A stretch of 64,000 nucleotides of DNA from Sminthopsis crassicaudata (Eukaryota), in assembly GCF_048593235.1 (NCBI RefSeq), contig NC_133618.1, forward strand, positions 611,400,889-611,464,888. The letters run 5' to 3'. Under the pieces are notes generated by a model. That model searched no databases. It had not been told where the DNA came from and was given only the letters and a program-made list of their open reading frames with translations. Below, piece after piece: positions 12,750 to 24,271 of the stretch (position 1 is the stretch's first letter; every line of letters starts with the position of its first letter). Both the position numbers and the translations under genes were made by a program.

Positions 12750-13290
12750 TTGTTTGTCCTTTGTTCTTGAAGAAGTCCCAGGCATCAGGAAGGGGATACC
12801 ATGACTTGCAAATGAATTGGATTTAAGTGAGGGAGGGCTGTGCAAAAAGCCTCACTTTTCCTTCCAGAGACATCTGGGTCCAGAGGCCAGATAGAAAACA
12901 AGACAATGAGAGATGACCTTGGATGCAGGGGTAGATCTTGGCCTTTTTAAGCTAAGGTCTTTCCTAGGTCTCAGTTTGACTGAGGCAACAGATAAAAACT
13001 GAGGCTAAATGAGACAAAATTGGCCTCTTTTACCTAGTCAAAATAGTAATAATAATAATAAATCTGGGAGGGGAAAGACCCTCAGGATTTCTGGTCAAAA
13101 CAGAAACAATTGCTTTTAACACTCACTTTGAACCATGAAAACTTAAACAATAACCAAGTAAGACTTTGATTTGGACCCAATGTTGGCCAATCAGTGAGAG
13201 GAAGAGCAATTTGGGTTTAAAGTATGGTCATTAAGAAAAAAATGTATCCCTTAAACCCCAAGATATCTTGCAAGTTACTATGAATCAAAG
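12750..13290 (-). mobile_element. Marsupial RTE-related SINE/LINE remnant (WALLSI/Mar-type)
   Basis: ttgtttgtcctttgttcttgaagaag...atgacttgcaaatgaattggatttaagtgagggagggctgtgc, recalled as a common marsupial repeat end. Exact family not determined. Confidence 0.55.
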
Positions 13291-14084
13291 TTTACATTCC
13301 TTTAGGCAGAGCATTATTAGAGATACAAAGACCAAAGTTCTTCCTTCATGGAACTTACAATCTAAAAGCAGTGGGAAAGCACAAAGCACACACAAATAAG
13401 CAAATTCAGGATTATTAGTGGAAAGAGAGAACTTTTACAACTAGTAGGAGGTGGCATGTGAGCAGAATCTTGAAGAAAGTTAAGTATTCCAAGAGATAGG
13501 GCAAAAAAAGAATGTATTCTTGGAATTCAGGATAGTCTGCTCAAAGGCAAGGAGGTAGTAGATAAAACACCTAGTTTGGGGAGCAGCAAATAAGCCAGGT
13601 TGGCTTGGATGTAGATTGTGTGAAAGAAGTGATGTGAAAAAAGTCTAGAAAAATACATGGGAGCCAGAATATGGAAAGCTTTAAATGCCAAGCAGACAAG
13701 TTTGTATTTTATCCTACAGGCAAAAGGGATCCACTAAAGATTCTTGGCAGGAAATGACTTGTGTTTTAAGAATATTAATTTTGCAGTTATATGCAAGATG
13801 GATTGGAGAGGGGAAAGCCTGGAAGCAGGGAGACCAATTAGAAAGCTATAGCAATAGAACAGGCCAAAATGATAAAGACATGAAGTAGTGGCTATAGAAG
13901 TGGAGAGAACAGGATAGTCTATCAGTCAACTGGCATTTTTTAGATTAATGAGACACACAACAAGTTAACAATGAGACACAACAAATAATCTATAGACAAG
14001 ATAAAGTGGGGATGATTTCAAAGAGAAAGCACTAAGCATGAATAGGGCTGAGAAAGGCTTCTTGCATGAGGGGAGACTTAGCTG

Positions 14085-14370
14085 AGACTTCTTTTCCAGT
14101 GGTTGGTGAGGGAGATTGCTCAGGACTTCAAAATAGACTTGAGGTTCCAGAGTGCAGCTATTGGTGCCCTTCAGGAGGCTAGTGAAGCATGTTTGGTTGG
14201 TCTTTTTGAAGATACTAACTTGTGTGCCATCTATGCCAAGAGAGTTACTATCATGCCCTAAGACATCCAGTTGGCTCGCAGAATACAGGGAGAAAGAGTT
14301 TAAGTGAAGGCAGTTTTATGGTGTTTTGTAGTAAATTCTGTAAAATACTTTGGTTTTAATTTGTAAGAAA
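14085..14370 (+). pseudogene. H3F3B: Processed histone H3.3 pseudogene (H3F3B-derived), truncated at both ends
   Basis: 14085-14303 translates [71 protein letters not shown], including the H3.3-specific SAAIG motif. There is no intron and one premature TAA. The following sequence taagtgaaggcagttttatggtgttttgtagtaaattctgtaaaatactttgg matches the H3F3B 3' UTR as I recall it, not H3F3A. Confidence 0.95.
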
Positions 14371-16143
14371 GGAGGACTCAAGATTTAATTTGGGAGTAAA
14401 AGAGGAGGAATCTCTGAAGTTGTTTTGGGTAACTGGAAAGACTGTGGAGACTTCAAATAAAATAAGCAAATTTGAAGGGGGAATGAGTTTAGAAGATTTG
14501 GAATTCTTTTTTTTTTTTTTGGATACATTGAGTTTGAGATACTAATAGAACATTTAGGTAGAGATTTCTAGGAGGTCATTGTAGATATGGGCCTGGAATT
14601 TCTTTGATTGCTCTTAATACTGAAAATAAAAGTCAGAGTGCTGATTTTTCATTACACTAATATCATAGCTCTTGATTTATACAAAGTCATAGAATGAAAG
14701 CTGAAGTCCTGGTTCCAGGTAGATAGGTATAATATAACTTGTCAATGGATTTTACTACAGAAAAGAATAAAGATTAGGAAAGGAAGAATGAAAAAAGAGA
14801 GAAATCTTTTAACTTCTTTCTCATAGTTTAGCAACTTGTTAAAAAATATATATAGTAAAGTTAAATTGTAATGCTAGGTATTCTATGAGCTTTTTGTAGT
14901 AGTCTTCCACCCAAGTATAGGTGGAATAATAGGGGAAGGAAAACTTCCCCTATTATTTGTTGGCCCAAAACCCAAACATGAATGAGGTTTAGAATCTTAG
15001 CTTTAAAGTATATTTCAGGCAATACATGAAGCAATTATCTATGGCTATTTCAATGAAGGACAAAGTTGATGAAGGAAAGGCCCATGTAACATCTTAAGGA
15101 CCAAGATGATATCTTCATGACAAGCAATTTTTATTCACACCTCTGCTCAAAAATTTTTATTTAATGACATTCCTCACTACAATGATTGCCACTGATCTGC
15201 GTAGGATGAATAGTAAATTACAGATATGGCACTTCTAACAGGATGATCAAAGAAATGACTTGGTGGAAAATATTTTTACTAACTGAATTTCTCAAGTATC
15301 AAGTTTTTTTTTTTTTTGTTTGTTTTTGTTTTTGTTGTTGTTTTTAACATCCCTCCAGTAGAACAATGTCATGTGCAACTGGCACACATAGAGAATAATA
15401 AATCTGACATAGTAATAAAACTCAACATCTGAATCTCCACCTCAACCACTGTATTTAGGTTCCAAAACTCTACATTTCCTTTCAGTCATCTTGAATTCTT
15501 GTATAAATAGATTAGAGGAATAGCATGAATATACTAAATCCATAGATAATCTCCAAATCTTCTATACCTGGGATTAGGATCTTTACTCTATTTGCCCAAA
15601 ATAGTGTTCTTATCTGGAGTGTTCTTACAGAATATATGGAGATGGCAATCATTGGAGAATGGTGAAAAGAGAATAGAACCAGGAAGATAGGGAAGGAAGG
15701 TCTGGGAGGGGAGGGAAAAACTCATGAGGTTCTTCCTTCATCTTATACTAGGGGATGATGAGAAAACATTAAAAAAAATTTAGAGACTTGCCTGCACCTG
15801 ACCTTAAAAACTGGTGTGCCATGGAGCCATGAAGAATAGTAAAATAAATTATAAGCAGTGAGAGATTCCATTCTCCCTGCCCAGTTTACTCTAACCTCCT
15901 TTAAAATGGCAGAAAAAGCAGAAGTCGGGGATTAGGAATGAAGTAGAGAAGGGTTCTGTCTGAAGAATTTTCATACTTAGCACTCTAAGTAAATGGGGAT
16001 TTAAATACAACTCTGGCACTAAAAGTTGCCCATTTAATGATTTGTTTTCTTCCCTTCCTTTTAAATAACACTTTCTTTTGTAATAGTGTGAACTATATAC
16101 AGAAATGGAGAGCTGTTTTGTTTTATAATACAGAGGTGTGTTA

Positions 16144-16145
<2 letters not shown>

Positions 16146-16181
<36 letters not shown>
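16146..16181. repeat. (TG)n microsatellite
   Basis: About 17 perfect TG units. Confidence 0.97.
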
Positions 16182-16185
<4 letters not shown>

Positions 16186-16884
16186 TGTAGGAGTGGATTA
16201 CAGCATACTTTTTTTATATTTTTATGAATAGGGGTTATAAGCAAAAAGAAGTGAGAAAGTTTCTTAAAATGTACCTTCTGTCCTTTGGCTCCTAATAAAA
16301 TCTCCTATTCAAATATTATTCTTACTTTAGGCAACAGATTAAACTTTCTTCCCCCTTAAAAAGGAGGACAACAGGGAATAAAATTTACTGAATTGAAATC
16401 CAGACCAAGAGTCTGGTTTTACATGGCAGACTTTTATATAAGTTAGTTGCAGGTCTGATAACAAGTTAAATTCAGGGATGTCTCCAGTTAATTGTGTTCT
16501 TTAAGCTCCAGGTCTTTTCTGAATGTTGCTTCCCTCTATGTGTCAACTTTCCTTCCAGTCTCTCCTTATAAAAGGTGTTGATGAATCATGTAATGACTAA
16601 ACATCAGAATGAAATTATATCATTATTCGTATATTCATATATCATCTATTCATTATAAAGAATGAAATACAAGCAAAAAGTGAGATCATCCCAAAATGAC
16701 AATTATCCACTGAAAAAAATGAGGATTTTGATCTATCAAGATTTTTTACAGAGTAAGGCTATTTGCAGAAAACTTTCCCTTATTTTTGGAGCTGGAAATA
16801 AGACTAAATTTATATGTAGGAAAGGGCTGAAAAACTGCTTAGTTCTCTTCTAAAGAAAAGGAAAGAATGAAAAGCATAAGTGCA

Positions 16885-16975
16885 GGTGTGTGTGTGTGTG
16901 TAGACAGAAAAACAGAAACAGAGAGACAGAGAAACAGAGAAAGACAAAGAGAGACAGAGAAACAGAGAGAGACTG
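16885..16975. repeat. (GT)n plus degenerate GAGACAGAGAAACA-type simple repeat
   Basis: Visible directly in the sequence. Confidence 0.85.
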
Positions 16976-17549
16976 GTCTGTGCCAGCAGTAGGTTGGCGA
17001 CAAGGGATCACTAGTAATGTTTCCCTGAACTGGGAATAGAAATATTTAACGCCAGACATGTGAGTGATCTATGCTGTTGACTCTAAATGGCTACTGTACA
17101 GGCCAGTGCACCATGATCTAGTTTCATAAGGTAGTTGTATAATATAGCAGATGACTGTACACAATCAGTAATGCTCTCTGGAACCTTTGGAGACCACTTC
17201 AAAATCTCCCTGCAAATTTGGGTTAAGACTAGGGTTGGCCTAGAAGGTTTTGTTCTGGACTCTGATTCCTGATTCCTGAATTGAGGGACTGCAGAAAAAT
17301 AAAGGGGAATTCCACAGGTTCCAAATCCTTTTAGGAAAAATACACATAAGCTGGAATCTAAAGTCTCCCCTAGTTCTTGAATCTCTAAAAAAGCATCATC
17401 CAGAAGCTACTGAATCATTCATCTAGTAGTCTGAACAGGAAGTTGACCAGAGCTTGTCACTTCTAGACTTTTCTTCTCCCCAGACTTTAGATTTTTTGGG
17501 ATTGGTTTAGCCATGATTTGGAGTTCTATGTGGTCTCAACAAACTACAG

Positions 17550-17732
17550 ACGGGAGTTCTAAATGCTTTTTGTGTCATGAATCCCTTGGCAATCAGGAAA
17601 AGTTTATAGCATGCTTTTCACAATGTTTTAAAACAAATACAATAAGATTATAAAGGAAAAAATTACATTAAAATATAATTATGAAAATATTTTGAAAAAT
17701 AAGTTCATGGCAATCAGATTTAGAAGACCCTG
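17550..17732 (+). mobile_element. hAT (Charlie-like) MITE, degraded
   Basis: gttctaaatgctttttgtgtcatgaatccc...tttagaagaccctg. Same family as the copy at 32481-32694. Confidence 0.55.
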
Positions 17733-17830
17733 CTTTAGGAGTTTAGGGCATGGAAAAGAGAGAAAAATGCATTTTTTAAAAGAGCATAGAGAAGCTCTAC
17801 TTCTAAAAATAAAAAAAAAAAGTCTCTTAC

Positions 17831-17926
17831 AATTGGTTGACTTGGGATCAATATCGTGGGAGGAAGTACTCCCAGCAATAAGAACACAAATCCAAGTGGG
17901 GCTTCCATACTCGCCTTTTCACCCAT
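17831..17926 (-). CDS. Candidate first coding exon with signal-peptide-like product MGEKASMEAPLGFVFLLLGVLPPTILIPSQPI
   Basis: Two in-frame ATGs in strong Kozak context (A at -3, G at +4), hydrophobic core, phase-0 donor att|gtaaga, local CpG retention. Not recognised. Confidence 0.3.
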
Positions 17927-20769
17927 CTTTGATCATAGCAGAACCCACGAACCCATCATTTGGAGCTGCTGAGTTTGATGATTTAAACTGCCCAATGGTG
18001 CTTTATCTTTTTTTGCTTTGCTCCCAGATTTTTGTAAATGTTAAGATTTAGGAGCTAAGAAGGCTGAACTATAATGTTTCCCTGATCTGCTTATGGCTTC
18101 CTGTCCTGTTCTGCAACAATCTTGCTAGCCCTGGCACATTCCAAATAGCTCTTAAGAGGCTCCTCAGTCTATCAAAGCAACTTCATTCTCCAATTCTGTC
18201 TTAGTCTATTTGGTAGTTATGTCATCTCACTGGCTCAGCTAAAATGCTGATGTGGCTGTAATGCAAAGAGTTTCAATTGTCCAGGGCTCTGGCAGCATCC
18301 TTGGGACATCTGGAATTGAAAAATACACAGAAACATTCAGAAAATATCTGTCCACTACCACCCTCCCCATCAGCGCAGGAAGGACAAAGGCTTTGAGTAA
18401 CCCCCAGGAATCAGCAACATGATACAGCCTACTTTTGCACTGCAGGCAATAACCTCATTTCCTCCAACTACACTCCCCTTCCACATTTCTGGGCACGCTA
18501 CCACTGATTTTATTGCTTTATGCACACCACTTTGGCTCTGTCACTCACAGCCCTTTACTGCTTCCCCACTGCCCTCTAGATAAATGTGTACCAACTTCCA
18601 ACAGCTGCCTTTCAAGTGCCCTATCAATAATCCTCATCAATTCTGTTTGCCCTCATGTTTCCTCCAATATATGAGACCTCTATCTAATGCTCTGTTCAAA
18701 GGAGCTTCTGCCTATTACTTCCCAAGTAAATTAAATCCACTCTTTTATATAAAACTCCTTTCTCCCCTTTAGGAAACACTGTGATTAGCTCTGTTCTTCC
18801 CAATGCCATTATAATTGCCTAAGCAGCCCAGATACAAAGCACTGATGTGATCATGATAGCTAAGGTCTTTTCTCATGCCATTACCTAGAATACCCTTTCC
18901 TTCCCTCTCACCTTCCTAATCTCCAGCTTTTACAAGGCCCAGGTAAGTTACCACCTTCTCCAGAAAATCTCCCTAGAACACTAGTTCCACCCTCATTCCA
19001 GCAGGAAATAATCCCTTTTTTGGTGAGCTTACACATTTCATTTTGCTTCATAATTACTGACTAGTCACTTTTACACTTTCCTTCATGTAACCTGTGATTT
19101 AGAGACACTGGCCTCTGCTGTTCTTTGTACACAGCAACCTCACACATTTTTACTAGCAATTCCACCGTACCTGAAATTTTCTCCAATCTGACTTTTTCAG
19201 AGCTTCCAGCTAAAATCTCACCCTCTACAAAAAGTTTTTCCTGATCCCCTTCAATGCTAGTGCCTTTCCTCTAAAATTATCTTCAGTTTATTATTCCATT
19301 CATGTCGTTTGCACATAGTTGTTTGAATGTTGTCACTCCATTAGACTGTAAGCTCCTTGAAAGGTGTGTGCATGTTTTACTGCTTAGCATATACATATGT
19401 ATATGTATATACATTTACATGCAGATGTGTGTATATATGTGTGTATGTATATATCTATATCCATCTCCAAACCCCTGACTATTCTGTAATCTCCATGATG
19501 ACAAGGTTCTCTTACTTATCTTGTATACCCTTCACTGCCTTGCACATAGAATGCTGAACGAGTGGTATGCAGTTTGTGCTGATTCTGTTTGGCTATATTA
19601 TCATTTCATTAGACTATTAACTCTTTAAAGATGTGTCATATTTAATGAATTCCATATACCTTTAGCACCTGGTATAATGTAGGCACATCTGTGCTTGTTA
19701 AATGCTTGTTGAGATAAACAACAGCTTAACCTGGAAGAATCAGGGAGAAAACTCTCACTGTGCAGTCCTGCCAGTATTTCTATGGGTGTGAAATTCTTCT
19801 GAATCTTTAACAGTGGATTAAGGTTTTTTCCCTTTGGGTAACTGCTATTCTTCAGTGTTATTCACTACATAATTAGTGTGCACCTACTACATTCAAAGAT
19901 TGATGGAGGCTTAGAAAGATATCAAGATAAATAGAATTTAAGGAACTTACACAGACTTACTATAGACTATGATAGATTTGAAGGAGGTATGGTCATATGC
20001 AAGCAGAAGACTGGGCAAAGTAGTTGATAACTATTCACTTGATAGTAAAAGAAAAAAATTCTCTTGATGCTAGGGGAATTATAAGGGGGTGACAGTGCCA
20101 GATCCAGACACTAGGGGTTGTAGGAAAAAGCTCAAGTGTGCATTGTGGCTCCCAGGATGAACCTTGATTTGGAGAAGCACAGAGTGTGGGACATAGGTGG
20201 AAGCCAGTGTATTCTCCTGGCATTTTTGAGTAAAAAGACTTGGCTCTGGATGCCTCCCATGCAGCAACATTAACATTTGGGGAGCATTAATAAGAGAAGC
20301 CTAACAAATTTGAATGGCACAGTTCTAAGCCCCTACTTGTCCATGCAGAAGAAATGAGAATGTCTAATGGAAAAGCACTAGCTTGAAGAGTGATTGCAGT
20401 CATTGTGAGGTGATTGGATCATATCAATAGCTAAGGACAGCTACCAAAAAAAAAATTCCTCGATCCATGATTGGAAGCAAACACATGGATTTATATCAGA
20501 AAGACCAGGAAAACAAACTCCAATCAACAAAGTCTTTAATTTGCTGAAACTGCTTAGAATTCCTCTTTTTAAAAAGTCTTTAAAAATGTTTCCCCCCTTG
20601 GTGCTATTAGAGAACAACTCTTCTTGACAGAATTTGAATCAGTAAAAGGTATTTATTGTCAGTATTGCATTTTCCTCCACAGGAATCCCTAGGGAGGAGT
20701 CTGCTCAGTTGGAGAGAACACTGCTGAACATATAGTTGCTACTCTGAGCTGTACCACTAGCTTGGGTTC

Positions 20770-20899
20770 TCAGACAAGTAACTTTTTTTTCTGCAAAGTA
20801 TATTCAAAATGACTATTAACATCAGCCAGCTTCTTCCTTTTCTCAGGAATGTGGAAGCAGGCGCTACATGTGGTCCCCACTTTTTGCTTCAATGCTTTC
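20770..20899 (-). CDS. Candidate terminal exon (RKALKQKVGTTCSACFHIPEKRKKL...LLV*)
   Basis: Strong acceptor gttttgctttttgatgtgatttccag|g. Only the phase-2 frame stays open beyond 11 codons, which fits the phase-2 end of exon 28377-28461. Confidence 0.25.
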
Positions 20900-21537
20900 C
20901 TGGAAATCACATCAAAAAGCAAAACAGTGACAGATGGTTTATTTTTTATCTCTACTGCAGAGCTTCTGCATAGCCTGAAAGCAATCTCTTTCACCACTAG
21001 ATGGCACTCCCATATTGGTTCCAGGAGATGCTCTCAACATTTTTGGGTGTGGATGAGAAATACTGTTCTATAAATCACCAGCTGGAAAGGGACAGATGGG
21101 GAAGTGAAGGCAGGGAAAACTTAAATATGGGTGATTTGGGATCACCAGGGTATAAGTAGCTGGATTAGTGAAGTCCCAGGCTGCCAAAAGCAAGGAGACA
21201 TTTATATATTGACATTGAGGTACATGAATAATATGGTATATGTGATATATTAAACTTGAATATGTGAAGGTAAAATTTCATTATAACTAAAATACTTTCT
21301 AGCTATTTTCTAAGCATGGTCTTTCCCTATCTATATCCTCACCAGAAACTTGAACTCTATCTTTGAGTCTTCTATTTCCAATAGATGGAATTTTGACCTT
21401 ACCTTTCTGGTCCTAAGTCTCCAATACTCTTCACACCCCAAATTCTGGCCTCCTTGTTTATAAAATACTCCTCTGGGAAATGCAGATTGAGCTTTCCCAT
21501 CAATAGGAATGTACCCAGAACCCATCAGGAGAAGTAA

Positions 21538-21655
21538 TTTAAATAAACCCACTACAAATGCCATTTTGAAAAAAAATGCTAGGTTTCGTATTATTTTAAA
21601 TAAACCCACTACAAATGCCATTTTGAAAAAAAATGCTAGGTTTCGTATTATTTTA
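21538..21655. repeat. Perfect 57-bp tandem duplication
   Basis: tttaaataaacccactacaaatgccattttgaaaaaaaatgctaggtttcgtattat occurs twice with no mismatch. Confidence 0.97.
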
Positions 21656-22179
21656 CATAGCAGTAAGTGTACAGACTTCTTCAACAAATGTCTCAACGTT
21701 CCCAAGAATCCAGCTATCCAGGACTTTGGCCAAGGAAAGCCAACTGGCTCCACTAACAGAATATTTCTAAAGTTCTTCGAAAGCCATATAGGCTTCTTCC
21801 TTCCTTCCATATTTGCCACAGACCACTAATCCTTAGTAAGCCCCTCTTACGGCTGCTCTGCTAATGAAAACATTATTTTGTTTCTTATCTGTGGGCTTGG
21901 AGTTTTTCTAGGGGCAGATTGGGGGAAGAAACAAAAGATATTGAAATCACAACTCTGCACATTTCTTTTTTGTTTTGTTTTGTTTTTGTTTTAATTTTTT
22001 AAAACTGCACATTTTAATGAAGAAGGAAACTAATGTGCAGGAGAATCACAAATCCTTCCTTAACACTTATCATTCAAAAAAATGGTGTAATATACAACTA
22101 GAAAATCTAAAACAAGTACTATCTAGGGTCTGAATTAACAGAACCAATGAATCCACACTGAAGGATCAAAGTATCAAAA

Positions 22180-23730
22180 TATGAAATCCCTCAGTGAGTC
22201 AGCATTTATTGTAAGACACTATGTGCCAGTCAGTTTGCTGAGTACTGTGTATCCCTCTCCCCAAAAAAGCAAAAAAATTACTCCTGCTTTTAAGGGATAT
22301 ATGTTCAGATGGAAAAATATGTAAAAAAACCAAACCAACCAACCTACGTATATGCAAAGTACAGATGAAAATAATCTGAAAAAAAGACAGCATTAGCAGC
22401 TGGGAGACAAAGCCAGACTTCCTGCAGAAAGTGGAATTTTGAGTTGTCTTGAATGAAACCAGGGAAATTAAGGGAGGAGGTAGCACAGCAGAGCATTTCA
22501 GATTGGAGAGCCAGCCAATGCAAAGTCACAGACAGAAGATGGAGGGTCCTGCGCTTCAAAGAACTGCAGGGCAACTGGATTGTAGAGTTCAAGGAGGGGA
22601 GCAAGGATAGAAAAGGACTGGAAAGGGCCACATTTTGATAAGATTGAAATGACAAAAAGAGAACTTCATATTTATCTTTGATATGACAGGGATCCCCTAT
22701 AATTCCTGGGGGAGGGCAGAAAGGGGTGATACTGAGATGGTCACTTACTGTTTAGAAAAATCATCCAGGCAACTGAGTGAAAGAAGAATTGGACTGTGAG
22801 GAGGTCCTTGAAGCAGGGAGACAAATCATGATTTTGCAATAGTTCAGGCAAGAGGAGATGAGGGTCTGAACTAGGGTTGTGGACTTACAAATATAGAGAA
22901 GGGACATTGTGCAGGCAGAAACAAGAAATTTCTGCATATAAGTGAGAGTAGTCAGCATTGGGTGATTGAGAGGGTACTCCTTCTCTCAGTGGAAATAGGG
23001 GATATTTAAGAAGTAATACATAGGAAAGGAGGATTAAGTCCAGAAGCAGAGAGATTGGGGGCAGGGGGAGACAAGTTATGTTTTGGGTCTATTAAATCTA
23101 AGATGCCTTTGAGACATGCAGTATGAAATACCTTATTTATTGGTCTAGTCAATTAGGAATTAGTGACTTGCTTGGGGCGGGGGGAATCATACAGCTTATA
23201 ATAAATATTATGTTAAGTAATAAATATCTGAGGTCAAATTTGAACTCAGGTCCTCCTGATTTTAGGGCCAATGCTTTATCCACTGCATAATCAAGTTGCT
23301 CCCCAGTACAACAAATCTTAGAGGTCACTGGAAATGCACAAAAAGCTTAGTAAAGAGACTAGAGTTGGATATACAGATCTGGGTATCTTTGGTACAAAGA
23401 TGGATCATTGGGACCGTAGTGAGGTAGTATAGAGAAGAAAGAGAAGGGGGCCCAGGACAGAGTCTTGGGGTAGAGGACTTGACATGGAAGAAGGATCAGC
23501 AAATGGAAATGAGAATGGATAGACTTAGGAGGAGAACAAGGAGAGAACAGTGTCAGGAAAAACCTAGAGAAGAAAGAATATTCAGAAAGAGGTGATTAAC
23601 AGAATCCAGTAAGAGGGATTAAAAAGGAGCAAGACTGAAAAAAAGGCCATTAGATTTATCAATTAAAAATAAATTGTTAACTCTGAAAAAAGAAATTTCA
23701 GTTCAATGAGGAGGATGAAAGTCAGACTGA
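22180..23730 (-). mobile_element. L2 LINE remnants (GA-rich on + strand) with interspersed MIR-type SINE
   Basis: Typical antisense-L2 text (cagcatttattgtaagacactatgtgccag; gaagcagggagacaaatc; ggaggagaacaaggagagaacagtgtca). Resumes at 24281 after the L1 insertion. Confidence 0.6.
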
Positions 23731-23739
23731 AGAGGGTTT

Positions 23740-24271
23740 CTTTATTTTTTTATTTTTCAACATTTACTTTTATAAGATTTTGATTTTCATTTTTTTCATC
23801 CCTGTCTTTCTCTTTCCCTCTCTCCCCAAGACAGCATGCATTCTGAAATAGGTTATACGTGTACAATCATATGTCATGAAAAAAATCTGAAGAAAAGAGT
23901 AAAACCACAAGAAAGGAAAAAAAAACAAAAAGTAAAGATAGCAAATATGCTTCAATTTGCATTCAGATTTCATAGTTCTTTCTCTGGATATTGATAGTAC
24001 TTCTATCATTAGTCTTTTGGAACTGTCTTAGATCATTCATTGTTTTGCTAAGAAGAACAAAGTTGATCATTAAAAAATGTTTCTTTGTGTACAATGTTCT
24101 TCTAATTTTGCTCACTTCATTCAGCATCAGTTCATTCAAGTCTTTTCAGGTTTTTCTCAAATCTGCTTGTAATTTCTTGTAAAACAATAGTTTTCCATTA
24201 CATTCATACATCACAGTTTGGTCATCCATTCACAATTGATGGCCCTCTCCTCAATTTTCAATTTTTTTTTC
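23740..24271 (-). mobile_element. L1 3' fragment inserted into L2
   Basis: Antisense L1 3' UTR with T-rich tail. 9-bp TSD agagggttt at 23731-23739 and 24272-24280. Confidence 0.8.

Noticed and set aside
17840-17970. Plus-frame LGINIVGG resembling a PDZ carboxylate-binding loop
   Set aside because: Flanked by stops, and the rest does not resemble a PDZ fold.
21331-21829. Longest ORFs in the window (162 aa on -, 106 aa on +)
   Set aside because: Both are inflated by the in-frame 57-bp duplication. No recognisable domain and no convincing splice-bounded frame.
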